Positions 46,673 through 60,500 of a DNA stretch of 64,000 bases are shown here, one piece after another. The translations under genes were made by a program, and so were the position numbers. This DNA is from Podospora anserina (lineage: Eukaryota). The stretch is from contig CM030332.1 of assembly GCA_017654855.1 (NCBI GenBank), positions 6,076,001-6,140,000 of the forward strand. Reading direction: 5' to 3'. The notes beneath the pieces were generated by a model. That model was not told the origin of the DNA, searched no databases, and saw only the letters and a program-made list of their open reading frames with translations. Position 1 is the stretch's first letter. The number at the start of each line of letters is the position of its first letter.

Positions 46673-49600
46673 ATGGCACAATTCAAGCAGTGGGCACTGG
46701 AATATGTGCTTGCTGACGATGAGCCTGTGAAGTTACAACTCACCAAGAAAGCCGCCAAGGGTAAGAGGCACAGTACACGACTTCCCTATGTTCATCTTGG
46801 CTAATGGTACTTTCAGAGATTGAGGATTCCCGAGCAAGCAGCACCGTTGTGGGAAACTGGGCCGCCTCTGTTCACCAATGGATGACCTTGACGCATTCCA
46901 ACGACGATGACCAATTGGAAGATGAAGATGAAAGGGCAAATGGTGATATTGTTTCCAGAGCGAAAGGTAACGTTGTATGTCTGATACCGACGTTGACCTT
47001 AACTAACATTTTGTTCTATAGCTCTGGGTTTTCTCGCCGGCACCTTGGAGGCGCTCGACAAAACTATTCTTAGACCCGATCAAGGTTTGACTATCTTAGG
47101 TGACTCAACAGGCACAGCCATTAACGATGTTTAATAGTCCAGCGGTTGATCGGCTTCTTCGGTGCCATGTTTTCCTACGATCACAAAGCAGGCATTACAG
47201 CGTCTGCAAAAGCCCTACGACAGCTGTATTCCATGAAGAACTTCAAGCCAGAGATGGGGATCAAAGTCTTGGAAGATGTCTCCAAGCTGAAGGAAGATTT
47301 CCGGCTACAGACTGCCGTTACCAGACTTGAGCTTTATGAGTTGTTTCTCAGCTTGGTGGAAGACCCAGCAGTCAGCAGCGAACTTCAACACAAGTACGGC
47401 TCCTCATGCGGCTTTGCCCTTGATCTCCTCCAGCTCTGCTCGAGTGAGCGAGACCCAAGAAACCTTATGATCTGGTTCAAAATCATCAGACGACTCCTCA
47501 CCGAATTCTCACCATCACCCGAGGTCACCGAAGAGATTTTCAAAGCCTTCTCTGCCTACTTCCCCATTTCTTTGCGGAGCTCGGCCACCCCAATAGGAAT
47601 CACAGCCGAGGACCTCAAGGAGGCGGTGCGGAACTGTTTTTCATCGCATCAACGTGTTGCCCCTTTTGCCTTTCCATTTCTCATGCAGAAGCTTGATCAA
47701 GGGGATGCAGTCACGGTGGCTGTCAAGGTATGCTGAAAATGCTCCTGAGTTCCGAAAGTATAGCTTGCTAACTCCGTTAGGTCGACATTCTGAGAACCAT
47801 CAAGGCGTGTATCGAAGAGTACGAAAACCCGCAGGCTAGCGTTGTCCCATACATCAAAAAGATCTGGGGGTCCCTGAAATACGAAGTACGAAACGGGGAG
47901 GTAAAGGAGAGCATCGACGCCACCATCGAAGTGCTCCGTGCTATTGCCAGAAAGCTCGATGGCTCGAAAACTCACAAGCATGAAGTCACCCTGCTGAAGA
48001 ACTACATCGACCTGGTGTTTGGAGACTGCAAAGACGACCTTTCCAATCCGACCTACACGAAACAAGCAGGTCTTCTGTTATTGACGGTTGTCACCGCAAG
48101 CATCAAGGGCTATGTGTTTTACAATGCTAGCTTCATCGATATCATCCGCCAAAATCTTCGACAACCAAAGTCTCCGACTCATACCCGAGACCTTCTGCTA
48201 CTTGTGAACTCTATTCTCAAGACACGGATAGAGCTCTTTAAGAACCGGAAAGTTGGACATCCCGATGATGAGGAGCAATTACGTTCCGAGCCACGCACCC
48301 ACCTCGTTAGCCTCTTCCACGATGTCTACCTACCAATATGGACTGGCAAGGCCAGTGAATCTGATTCCAAAGAGAGCGATGTCCTGAAACAAGTCGCTCT
48401 TGGTCTTGGCTTGCTTGTCAGCCAGCAAGCTTTGGATACGAAGGGCGAGGTGTCACTCCTCTGCTCTGGGGCTATCTGTTTTGAGATCTGCAACCTTCTC
48501 ACTGTCACACTTGTGAAGCCTCTGACCCTGAGTTCCAATGACAATCAGAGTCAGGATGCGACGCTGGAAGATGACGTTGTGCTTGCTCTGCGCACAATCA
48601 TCATGAGTTACACAGATGGCTATGGGCATATTCTCAAGCCAGCCAGAAAGGAAATCCAGAAGCGCGACTGGACTGGTCCTTCTGAGTATTCGCTGGAGGC
48701 TCTGAAGATTCTGCTTTCTCGACTGGCGTTCATCGGGTGCTCAGAGATTCCGACCCAGGTCAAGTCTGACACGGAGCCGGAACACCCATACAGCCCGCTG
48801 CGGCACTATGACGCGTGGCTGCGGACGCTAGTATACCTCTTCCCACTGTCGGCTCAGTCCCTTACTGCCAACTCGTACATTTTGTCGTCTCTTCATGCGT
48901 CGGTCATATGGTTCCGTGACGCCTGTGAAGCAAGGTACGGGACTGGTGCACTGGCCCAGTATTCAAATAGCGACAAGAACTGGCTTGCGGAATTTGAGCA
49001 GCTTCCAGGTACATTCTTCAGTCAGGCGGAGGGTCAATCTATACTGCCAGACGAAGTTGCTTCAAGCTTTGGCGAGGATGACCCCGAGACGTATCTCCAG
49101 TTCCTGCGACTCAGCTTGTTCATCGTGAGGGGATTTTACAAGGGTGCCAATAGTGAAGCACCATGGTCAGAGCAAGCGCTTGTTCAGCTTGCTCAGACGG
49201 CTGCCTTGGTTGTGCGAAGCCTCGATGAAAAGTTGCAGGTGTCTTGTAATCTGGCCCGCGAGGCATTCAGCTTGTTCAAGACCTCCGAGGACAAGCCCTG
49301 CGCTAGCCCATTGAGTGGGTTACTCACAGTTGGTATCCTTCAGGGACTTCACCCGGATGCTATGACTGAGCTGGTGAGATTCATGCTCTAAATCACCGTT
49401 TCCAAACCAAACTGACAACAACATTTGTAGTATCAACCCGGAGGTGTAGCAGAGAAGTTTATCTGCGATACATCCGACCTTGGCTCCTCGCCACGAGCAA
49501 GCGATATCAAGGCCGCCGTTGGAGCCATCTATTCCAACAAGTACCCAGCTGGACCTGCTGCATCTGAGGAATACCAGACCTTGAAGCGTGGTTTGGAATT

Positions 49601-50429
49601 CTGGACGAACTACATCAAGAACGCCGTCAGATCATCAGACATCGACTCTGGCAGCTTCCACTCCTTCACCAACGTTGCTATGCACACCGTTGCCGGGGCC
49701 GTGGCCCGTCAAGAGAAATTCGTCCTTGACCTCATCCCTATCCTCCACGAGGCGGCTGCTAGCCCAAGCCCCAACGGGGAAATCGTCGCTCGTTCCATGG
49801 GCATCCTAGTCCAACCCAACAGCGAAGTTTTGAACAAGGAGAGCCACGCGAACATCAAGCGGTTCTACAAGCAATGGGCTTACAACTTCCTCGTCCGCCC
49901 ATTATACGACCTTGCCCGCCCAGGTAGCGACAAGGACCCCAAGGCCACAGCCCGTTACTCCATCATGATTCTCTCAGTGATCAAGAACTGTCCTTTTACC
50001 GTCTACCAGGACGATCTCGAGTCTCTGCTGCGTCTCCTTGTCACCGCACTGAGCAACAAGAAGGACGACAGTGTCCTCTCCGAGGAGGCCGCGCAGGCGC
50101 AGGTGATTGCCGCTTTGGAAATCCTGGTTGATATCCTGGCCAACGAGCCAAGCGCTCTCAAGGGTTTCTTGAAGGAGATCATCAGTGGGACGACCAAGGT
50201 GTATCAGGAATCAGCCACCTCGAACAAGACGCTCCACAAGACTCTGACAACCTGCCGGAAGTTGTCACTGCAGGTGCTCGGTGCGCTACCAAAGACGTTT
50301 GAGGAGCGCTATCTCCTTTCTTTCTCGCGCCCAACACAGCGCATGCTGGCTTCGGCGTGTGGCGACCCTGTGAGAAAGGTGCGTGAGGCTGCGCGGTCAG
50401 CCAGGGCTAACTGGGCGAAGGTTGTTTAG
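46673..50429 (+). CDS. MMS19: MMS19/MET18 cytosolic Fe-S targeting complex HEAT-repeat protein (multi-exon)
   Basis: SERDPRNLMIWF, FSAYFPISLR, IWGSLKYEV, IKRFYKQW, C-terminal DPVRKVREAARSARANW; exons joined by short canonical introns. Confidence 0.9.
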
Positions 50430-50674
50430 GGGTAGGGTATCAGATTTGCAGGTAGATAGAACCCATCTGATCCAATGAGCAGCAAAGCAATTTGAACCAT
50501 GGGTATCTCTGTTGACTTTTTGCCGTCCACCAAAGGACACCTTCCCCATACATAGATAAACGAATCAATTAGCCAGAAACTCGCTGTAGCCCCCCCTGTA
50601 ACCGCCAACACCATTTTCTGTACAAATAGTTTTTGCACAACAAACCCGGTTAATCATTCCCGATCCTCGAACGA

Positions 50675-51444
50675 CTAGTTCTTCCTCCTCTTTCCCCCCT
50701 TCTTCGCCTCAGCCGCCTCCGTCCCCGTCGCCGTCTCGGCCGCAGACCCAACAACACTAACCCCCTCACCACTCAACATAGCCAACATCTCAGGAGTATA
50801 TACCGCCGACGGCCCTGCCTCCCCACCCTCAACCTTTGCAGCATTCGCCCTCTTGGTATCAACCCTCCCAATAACACCCACCCCCTGCGCCAACACAGTC
50901 TGCAACGGTGCCGCAACAAACCTCCCCGCGGCATCAAACCACTCGGTAAAACTCCTGCTAATCTTCAACGTCTTCCTCTCCCCTGTCTTCCCATCCTTGA
51001 CCTCAATCGTCATGTGATAGACTGGTACATTCTTTTTTGTCTCGGTCGAAATCCGGATCTTGTCACCTTTTGGGGAGGTGCCCTGGTAGATTGTACCCTT
51101 TTCGACATAGAAGATCCAGAAGGTGAGGAGTCCGTTGAGGATGGTGTAGAGGGCGACGGCGAAGGCGGTGTAAGTTTTTGTGGACTCGAAGCCGAAGTTG
51201 TAGTCCCAGGCGAAGCAGGCGGCGGAGAGGGCGAACGCGGAGAAGCCGAGGGCGAGGCGGACGTCGGTGAGGAGGTGGGAGGGGGTGAAGGAGAGGGAGG
51301 TGAGGTAGTTGGGGATGGCGTCGTCGGTGGTGTTTTTGAGGTCTGGAATAAGTGGGATTAGAGGCTGGACTTGGAGAGGGGGGTGGTGAAGGAGGGGAGC
51401 TTACCTGCTAAGTTGTAGACCGTGATCTTTTCTTGTGTGGCCAT
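50675..51444 (-). CDS. SPC2: Signal peptidase complex subunit 2 (SPC25 family); intron 51404-51343
   Basis: VYNLADLKNTTDDAIPNYL, LTDVRLALGF, two TM helices, FTEWFDAAGRFVAAP. Confidence 0.9.
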
Positions 51445-51823
51445 GATGACAAGTTATTTGAGCAAATGAATTGAAACGAAAGACAATCCCAGATACTGTT
51501 ATATTCAAAGCCAGAACAGAGCTTCCTGCGAAGAATTGGTAGTAAACCTCTCGATCGTTGGCTTCAAAGTTCCTAGACAAACACCTGTCGCGAAACGGAA
51601 AGGCCACCTCTTTGGACGTCAGAAGTGGCCCGTGCTCCTCTACCCGTCTTTTTGGCAGGGTTCCTGCGCCGCGCGCACGAGCAACCCCTGTAATCTTGGC
51701 ATTCGATGGGAAGCTCCAGCGCAACGACGACATTGCATTGCTGCTGTCTTGATCCCATCACCAGCCAAACACTTAACCCAATTCCACAACAACACTATCT
51801 CGCCCTGTGAAGAGACCACAACC

Positions 51824-52828
51824 ATGGCGCAAGTACCAGTCCAGACGATCCATAGGGATCCCCAGTTATTGTATGTCACCCCCCTACCACTGTCTTTCAC
51901 CACCATCAACAATGTCACTAACCACACCACCCTCACCACAGCTACTGGATCCTCTTCCCCATCACCATAGTCATGATCCTCACCGGCATCCTCCGCCACT
52001 ACGCCACAGTCCTCATGTCCTCCGCCCCCAAACCCCTCGACCTCCGCTCCACCCGCGAGCAGCGTTCCCTCCTCCACGGCATCTCCCTCCGCACCAACTT
52101 CCACGTCCTCTCTCCCCGCTCCTTCCACTCCCGCCGCGACGCCGTCATCACCGCCTACGAATCAGGCGCATACCTCAAAGACCCAGAGAGAAAGGGTCAG
52201 CCCCCGGCAAACCCAATGACAGACCCGAGCTCGATGGACGGGATGATGGGCATGATGAAGAACCAGATGGCTATGATCATCCCCAACACGCTGATCATGA
52301 GCTGGATCAATGCTTTTTTCAGCGGTTATGTTATTAGTGAGTGGCTGACAGCTCCGGGAAGAAGGAAGGCGGCTGGGCTGACATGGCAAAATAGTGAAAT
52401 TACCCTTCCCCCTGACCATCAAGTTCAAGAGTATGCTTCAGGCTGGTGTGGGAACCAAGGACATGGACCCGAGGTGGATGTCAAGTATCAGTTGGTACTT
52501 TTTGTGCATGTTTGGTTTGCAGTCTGTGTTCAACTTTTTGCTTGGCAATGACAATGGTATGTTTTGTTCTGGCAACTATTGACAAGGTGTATTGGCGATC
52601 CTATCAATGCAAGTACAAGCTGTGCTGACAATCTTCCTCCTCCTGATAGCTGCTAGCCAAATGGCTCAGCAGATGGGCCAGATGGGCCCTCAGGCGCCAC
52701 AAATGTTTGGCCCTGGTGTTGACCCCAATAAGCAGTTCCTGGCCGAGGCGGAGAACCTGGCTGTGATTGAACACCATTCGGTTCTGCACGGTGTCGAACA
52801 GCGGCTTCTTGAGGGAATTAGGGTATAA
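51824..52828 (+). CDS. EMC3: ER membrane protein complex subunit 3; introns 51871-51941, 52337-52394, 52557-52649
   Basis: YWILFPITIVMILTGILRHY, NPMTDP…MMGMMK, KLPFPLTIKFKSMLQAGV, WMSSISWYFL. Confidence 0.95.
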
Positions 52829-52929
52829 GGGATGCACAAAATGTGACTTTTTGGCCTACGGTGACGACAGCAACATACGATAGCGTCTCTCGATGAACCG
52901 GGTTTGGTGACAGCGTCGGCTACTGTCCT

Positions 52930-53806
52930 TCACTCCCACCACAAGGTGATGCCAAGACCAGGGGCGGCCATTGTCCCAATTATGGAATATGGGGCCTGGT
53001 AGGTGGTTTTTGTTGGCGCATCGGAATCAGTGGACTCCTTTGGTTTTGTTGGTGGCTGGGTGTACCACCTCTCCTCGAGAACCATGAAGCGCACGATTTC
53101 GTGGGTGTCATAGTACAGCTGTGTTTCCTCGTCAGACTTCCAAAGCCAGACCTTTTCGGCCTCGACACTATGGCGGCGGTTAGTGACAAAGGCGACTCGA
53201 GCAGGTTCTGGGACTCATGAGCGACCTACAACTCTGTCTCTTCTGGCAGTTCAGTGGAGGGAATCCAAATATCGTTGAAGAAGGGCGTGCAGACTGGCGT
53301 GGATAGTCGGTCAGCTGGGAGGATGCAGCCACAAAGAGGAACAAGAGGTATAACTCACGCCGCATGCCTTGTGAAGTTTGCTCCTTGATACGTGCCTGGA
53401 TAACTTCGCCCCTGTGTGGCCGGAAGACCACCATGTGGAACTCAACTGTATCGTAGATGTTAGCTAGACGTTATCAAGAGTCATAATGTTGGAAAGAGAA
53501 AGAAATCCACACCATTTATGTTGACATAACCATCGTATTGTCCTATCAGACCTTCTGAGGCATCGGTGATGTCCCATACGCAGACGCAGAGGCCGATGTT
53601 TGGAATGACTTTGTTGGCATATTTCTCATTGATCTTGTCCTCGATGGCTTCAAGACTGGTCTTGTAGAAGTCTTGGGGCTTGAGCTGCACCAGATCGGCG
53701 ATTTTGGTCTTGGGAAGTCGATCAAAGAATGTGTTAGTCGCTATCTTCCTCGAAGTCCAAATATGGATAAAACCATGAAATTGGTGAGACTCACGACAAT
53801 CCACAT
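52930..53806 (-). CDS. RPC25: RNA polymerase III subunit Rpc25/RPC8 (multi-exon)
   Basis: TKIADLVQLKPQDF, INEKYANKVIPNIGLCVCVWDI, MVVFRPHRGEVI, C-terminal PYSIIGTMAAPGLGITLWWE. Confidence 0.9.
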
Positions 53807-54628
53807 CTTGGCGAGATATTGATTCGGCTTATTGATTATGAAAGTATAATCGCGAGTTTCGATGATGTGGGGTGAATAGTGTGGTGAAGTCGAGTTGGCT
53901 AAGGCGTGATTAACCTTCCAAAGCAGGTGAGCCAGATGTATAGTTTATTCCTGAAATTGACTGTACGGGTTTCAAGAAGTGGTGGGCGACGACGAATGAA
54001 GACAAGATGGTCAATGCAGAAGGTTATGAAAATCAAGCAAGAATTATAGTTGGGTATCACTGTGGTTGGCTTTCTCTACAAATCTACAAAACTTTTGCGA
54101 TTGTTGATATGGAGTCTAGTCTCTCAAAATTCATCCCACACATCTGACCCTGACTGACTGACCTTGCCTCGGTGAGACGACTCACCTTTCGGGAAGCCCA
54201 CTTGCAGCTCAATTCTGCCCCAGGAACCCCTGCAGCAGCCCCTTGACCGCCTTTGAATCCTGCGCTGGCGCCACCTTTGGCGTTTCTTCTTCAGACACCG
54301 CTGGTCCACAATCGTTGCGCCTTTCCCTCTTTCCCGACACCTCGAGCCAAACCCACAGTGAAACTACCCGTCATCAAAGCCTGTTTTCTCTTTTCTGACT
54401 CTGCCTCTGCCTCTTCCCCGTTGGCTTTTCTGTTCTTCCTTGTAGAGACACAGCACTGCACAGAGATACCCTTTTCATCGTTCTCCCGAGCCTGCGTCTT
54501 TCCGACTATCGGATTTCAAGTGAAGCCTCAATCCGTCATCAACAGGAGCCTGGAAAGTCGTCCAGCATATCGCGTCTCTCACATCTTATTTTACAGCATC
54601 ATCCTCGAAAACCACGTCTCGATCGATC

Positions 54629-56522
54629 ATGTCGTATAATTACGGGCCCCCACCGCCTCCTCCACAACCAGCACCACCGAGCAGTTCTCCGACTGGTTAT
54701 AATCCTTATGGCGCGACGCGTGGAGGGCATGGTGGAAGGGGGCGTGGAGGTCACGGAAACGGCGATCGCGGTGGCTTTCACCAACCTGCACCTGTATATG
54801 GCTACGGGCAACCCCAATACGGCCCTCAGGCTCCGGGTCCTTACGCGGGACCGCATCCCGCTCAACCAGGCTATCCTCAACAACCTCAGCAACAGTGGCA
54901 CCCCGAGCATGGTCAGCAACAGCAGCACGCTCAGCACTCATCTTCTCAACCACCACACGGGTCACTTCCTGCTCAAAACTACCACCCCAACTACGCTCCG
55001 CAGATTTATCAACCACAGGCACCCTACGGATCTCAACCACAATACCCTCACGCAGGCCCTCCTCCCTACGGCCCGGGTTATCCAACAGGAGCACCCCATC
55101 AAGGTCCTCCAGCTCAACAGTGGGGCAGTCATCCTCAACAAACACCTCCTACGTCAGGACCGTATGGTGGAGGTGGGCGAGGTGGTCGCGGCGGTTATAA
55201 CAACGACCGCGGTGGACCCAAAGGGCAAATGATGGGACCCCCCATCCGGATAGGATTTGATAACAGCAACTCTCAACCACCTCCCGCTCCAGTGAGCGCA
55301 CCATACCCACCTCAACCTTACGGTGGACCTCACGGTCCTCCTGCACCGTACGCTGCGCCGTACTCCGCATATCCTCCTCCAGCACCATACATGCCTGGGC
55401 CAGCGCCATTTGACGGCCATACTGGTCACAATCCCCGCCATCACAATCGTGGCGGTGGTTTTCATAACAATTCCAAAAACCGTTCCCACTTTGGCGGCGA
55501 CAAGCATCGCAATCGCAACCAAAACAAGGGACAGGCCTCCCAGACCCCTCCGACCCATCATCAGAAGCCTGATGCTGCGTCGACGAGCAAAAAGAAGAAG
55601 CGCAAGACTAACACACTGGGTCTAACACCTGGAGATGAGTCTGAGGAAGACTTGGAGAATGAAGAAGAACGTCTGACCGAGTTGATCGGAGCCGAGGCCC
55701 CAAAGTAAGTCTTGTCCTGTCCATCAGTTGGGCCCCTTGCTAACTTTACACAGTCCCCAAACCTCGGCCGAGCTTGCTGCGTGGATTGCTGAACGCCGCG
55801 CCAAGTTTCCTACTAAAGCGAAGATCGAGGCCGCCAAGAAGGCAACGGGCAAGACTCAAAATGGTGACGCCAGCAAGGACTCTGAATCCGACCTCGTCCA
55901 GAAGGCTGAGAAACTTAGAAAACAACTGAAAAAGGTCGAATCGAGCATCAAGCGGAAGCGCGAACAGCAGGATGAAGGGGACGAGATGAGGGATCTGCAT
56001 TTGAGCTCATCTCCCTCGACCGATTCTAAATCGGATGACGAGAAGCCTGAAGTCATGTCAACTCGTCAGGATTCCAACAACCTCCCTCCTCCGCCGAGAA
56101 AGGCAGACCCGACCAAACACTGCAAGTATTATTCGACGGGCGGCAACTGTGGAAAGCGGGGCAAGTGCCGCTTTGTTCACGATGCCACGGTCCGTGAGGC
56201 TGCTTTGAGAGAGCGTGAGATGAACGGCGGGCGCATGACCTTGCAGCAACGTCTCACGCTGAATGACAAGGAGCAGGAGGACCTTACCATTGTCAAGACG
56301 GTTAAATATCTCCAGGACAAGGGCCTTGTTCCTAAACCAGCTCCAGGTTCTGCGTCGACGGCAGCGCAGCCCGAATCTAGCACAGCCCCCCAGCCCCAAC
56401 CCCCTACGGTTGCCAAGAAGGAACCAGGCAATGGCCTTCCTCCTATCCCGCCTGTGCCTAAGTATGCTGGCTGGAATATGAACGGGTTCGGCAATACCGG
56501 GGGTAGATCGAGTGAGCAGTAG
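54629..56522 (+). CDS. NUFIP1/Rsa1-domain protein with P/Q/G/Y-rich RGG N-terminus and a CCCH zinc finger; intron 55705-55753
   Basis: NTLGLTPG, ELAAWIAERRAKFPTKAKIE (NUFIP1/Rsa1-type motif), CKYYSTGGNCGKRGKCRFVH (C-x8-C-x5-C-x3-H). Confidence 0.82.
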
Positions 56523-57568
56523 GGTTCGCGCTCTCGTTCAGCCCCAAGAGGATTCCGTTCACAATCAGTGCCTCGCAACCCGAGAATCTCATCGCCAACT
56601 GGGCACAACAGCAGCCATGAGGGGTATATACCAAAACTGACACCGCCTGATTACGGACCACAGCCTTCCTCCTGGCAACGTTACTAAACCTACGAAGCAC
56701 GATAGGAACTCTGCGTTTGCAATCCAGTGTCGGTTACCCACGGCCATGCACACAGTCTCAACCAGGTCATTAGCTGTCTCTTGGGGCTTCTTTCTCTCCT
56801 CCGATTTTCTGGGTCGCGACGGGCCTTGACAGTGTCGAGTTCTCGTTTCATATTTTTTCAAGGGCCTCTCGGGCTTGCGGCACTCATCACACAATGGCAG
56901 GCCAGGATTAGCACCACTCACCGTCACCACAAGTAGCGTGGGCTGCTAGAGGCATCTGTCATCTTTCATCTGTACAATATCACACGGGTTAGGCGTTTAG
57001 GGGTTAAGTCCTCTTCTTTCGCGTAGTTTGCGCGGGCGGGTGCTGTAGCACTCGAGCATTGACATCTCTTGGAATGGTATGCTTTTCCTGAAGGTAAAAT
57101 GCAGGTTGGTTTCATGGGTGTTTCTGCGGTAGAAAAGACGCAAGCAAGTGCTGACAGGTACTCCTAAGCTTGGGTTCGGTAGCATGTCATAAAATAAAAG
57201 CGTTTTTGAAGGTCATATTTCTTCACCTCTTGTGTGACGTTGGTTGTGTTGAATGAAAACAGGGTGTTTCCTCTCGTTTGATTTGAAAGGTTTGTCATAT
57301 CATTTCGTAACATTCGATGGAGCTCAGGACCGAAAGGGGGGGCAAGGAAACTCTTTTTCTATCCTTTCCATTTTCCTCCCTTCCATGTATCATACAGCAC
57401 CAGCAAACAGGTCCGTCATCAAAATAAAACCACTATACCACCCTCCTTTAATCAACCCGTGATCAATGTTGCTATATCCTTCCCGTCACCATCCCCCCGT
57501 TTACCATACATATCATTCCAGCTGACTTCTTGTCCAAAATCATTGCTTCACACCTTATCACACAACAC

Positions 57569-60500
57569 CTAAACCTGCTCCTCATCACTCTCCTCATCCC
57601 CAAGCAACTCCCCCTCATCATCCCCATCCACAATATCATACCCCCCCGCTCCCCTCGCAAAACTATCGCGTGTGGTAAACCTCCTGCTCCCCCAACCACC
57701 ACCACCACCACCAAGTCTGCTCCACCTCCCTCTCGATCCCCCTCCCGCACCACCAAGCAACCCAACCCTCTCCATCCCCCCCTTGACAACCCTCCAAACC
57801 GCGCCCGCCACCACCGGAATGGCCACCACAACGGCAACGACCCCGCTAATAGCAATAATCGGGTACTTTACCCACGGCTGCCCCTCATCAAAAACATGGG
57901 TGCTCGTCCCGTTCTCCCCCAGCCTGATCTGCCCAAACTTGCCGTTCCAGTTCCTCCAGACATACCACCCCGCCCCGGCAGCAATCACGACAGGGATGAC
58001 AACCGCAAAGAAGATGCTCCACCCCGAGCGGCGGTGCTTCTTTTCGTACTCCTCCTCCTTTTGAGGGCAAGCCACCGGCTCCGACTGCTCGTCCATCGTC
58101 TTGCCGCCCTTGCACGTCGTGAGGGGGATCCGTCTGTACCCCGACGGTGGGAAGAATTCGATCGCGTCGGGGTGTTCAGAGCACCACTGCTCTCTTGTCA
58201 TGGGAGAGAGCCCGTTGACGAGTGAGCACTGGCCGATGGGGTCCATTTCAAAGTTGTAATCACTTTTTGACAAAAAAGGTTAGTTTTTTTTGGTGTTGAA
58301 CAGAAACAGAAGGGGAAGGGGACAAACCATTCGAAATCCTCCCTTTGGCATTCGCAATCCTCTTTTCCGTACAAGGGTGACATCTTCATCGTGTTCCAGC
58401 ATTGCACATCCCCGTCCTTTGCAATCTTCTTCCTTAGATACTTGCTCTTGTGCCCAAACAAGCACCCGTCCTTTTGCACCGGGTGTTCTGGTGACCAGAG
58501 CTCGTAGTCCCCGTTCTCGGGGTGGTCCTTGTCGAATTGGCAGTCCTTGTTGGCGAAACCCTTGAAGTTGAGCTTCATGGTGAAGGCTTTGTCGTCTTCG
58601 TCCTTGCCCCAGAGGAGGAAGGAGTGAGAGCCGCCTGAGCGGACGGTGGTGACGTCCCATAGTTCGACCTCCTTTTCGGAGAACTCGTGCTCCTTCCAAG
58701 TGTTGCCTCGGTCGAAGGAGTAGAAGAGCTTGTTTGACTGTTTCCTCGAGGCGGAGGCGGTAGTCTGTGCGAGGATGAGAATCCCGCCTTGGTCGCCAAT
58801 GGCCCACGTCCAGGTGCCCTTCATGACGCGCTTCCAGGTTTTGCCCGCGTCGGTGGTCATGTAGGTGTCTGCTTCTTTGAGGGGGCCGAGGGAGTCGCCC
58901 GTGTTACCCCAGCCGAACATGATTCCGACGGCGCCTTGGGAGGAGTGAGTCTTGCCGTGGTCGCGGCGCTCGGTGTACCCGTGGATGTGGAGGGCGCAGT
59001 CCTTGCTGCCTTGCTTATCGTGGCAGGGGAGCTTGGGCTCCAGGTTGTCTCCCACGGGAGCGGGGAGATATGCCCACTGGGCACCGTCGTTGTGCGTGAT
59101 TTGTGTTTGGAGCTTCTTGGTCCCCTTCTTGTCGTCTGAATTGGCGACTACGTTGACAACCGCAACGCCTTCCAGGCCGAGCATCTTTTCAAAGTCAACG
59201 TAGTATGACTCGTCACAGTTGACGTTGCGAACGCTAACGACGTAGGATGTGCCGTTAGAGTTGCTCTTGATGATGGTGCCGTATTGCCGGCCTTCCTCCA
59301 TGCTGGTGGCAACAAACAGGTTGACGGCATGTGTAGAACTGTCGAGAACGGTATAGGCGTGTTGGTGGGTAACCTCAAAGCCATGGGGGAAATGGGCGTT
59401 GGCGTAGTTCTTGCCGTCCAAACTGGCGCTGGCTTGCAATGTCTTCTTCTCGGCATCTTCGGCAGCCACGACGATGAACTCGGCCATGGTCGCAAAATCC
59501 TTCACGTTTTTGCCGTAGACCTCTTCGTTCTTGAACCAGTCGTTCGATGACGCAAGCACCAAAGGCTTGGCCTTATCTTCCTTTTCATGCTTGAGACAAA
59601 GAATCTGGTTCTCCTTGCGGCCCTCGAACTTGTAGGCAGAAGACCCGGTGAACTCACAACGGCGAACCTGTTTTCCAATTGTCCGCCAGTAGGCGAAGGG
59701 ATCCTCAGTGGCATGTGCAACACCGTAGCACTCGCCATCATCACACTTCTTGCCCATCCAGATCAGCCAGTCTTTGTGATCTGGATGGAAAGCGAGAGGG
59801 AACATGTCATTATCTGGCTTAGTAGGGGCATCGAACGCCTGGAACGTCTTGCAGCGATCCATGGTCACGAATACCTTCTTGCCAGAGGTAAGGAAGAAAA
59901 CGGCATCCTTGAAGTACTGATGGGGAATGATGGCTGTAATCTCCTCATCCTCCAACTTTTTGGGCGTTTCCCAGTCTTTGCCATGGTTGAACGAGACCAA
60001 AATCGGGCCAGCCTTGTTAAGGGGGCGCATGATAACCGTCTCGTCCGTCCCAGTGCTAGAATCACCACGCTCAAGATAGTGCTTCTCAAAACCGTCCCAC
60101 TTCTTTCCTTCCATGACATGTTTTGTCTGTTCGACCTTGCCGGTGAGCTCATGAGTGGGACCACCATTGCCGCCTATGGCGTCCTTACACTTCCACTCCT
60201 TATCCTTGTACTTGTCCTTCATCTTGTCGGTATCCTTGCAAGTGTTCCCAGGAATCTTGCGGTATCCCGAGGTGCCCTTGAAGGTATCATCTGGCTTCTT
60301 GTCCTTGCAGGCTCCTTCAGGTGCAAGTACCTTGCCCTTCTTGACACACTCGCCATCCTCATCCCTCTCGAAGTTGAAGTCACACTCATAGTCTTGCTCC
60401 GTGCAGTCGCAGTCCTTAGTCTCGGCGACAGCATGCTTGAACTCCTGCTTCAGGAAGCACTTAGCATCCTTCTTGCGGCGATGGAAGCTCTGAGTGTGGC

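Noticed and set aside
52858-52882. GGTGACGACAGC…ACATACGA resembling 5S rRNA fragments
   Set aside because: Short, wrongly ordered matches; no ~120-nt 5S body or T-run terminator
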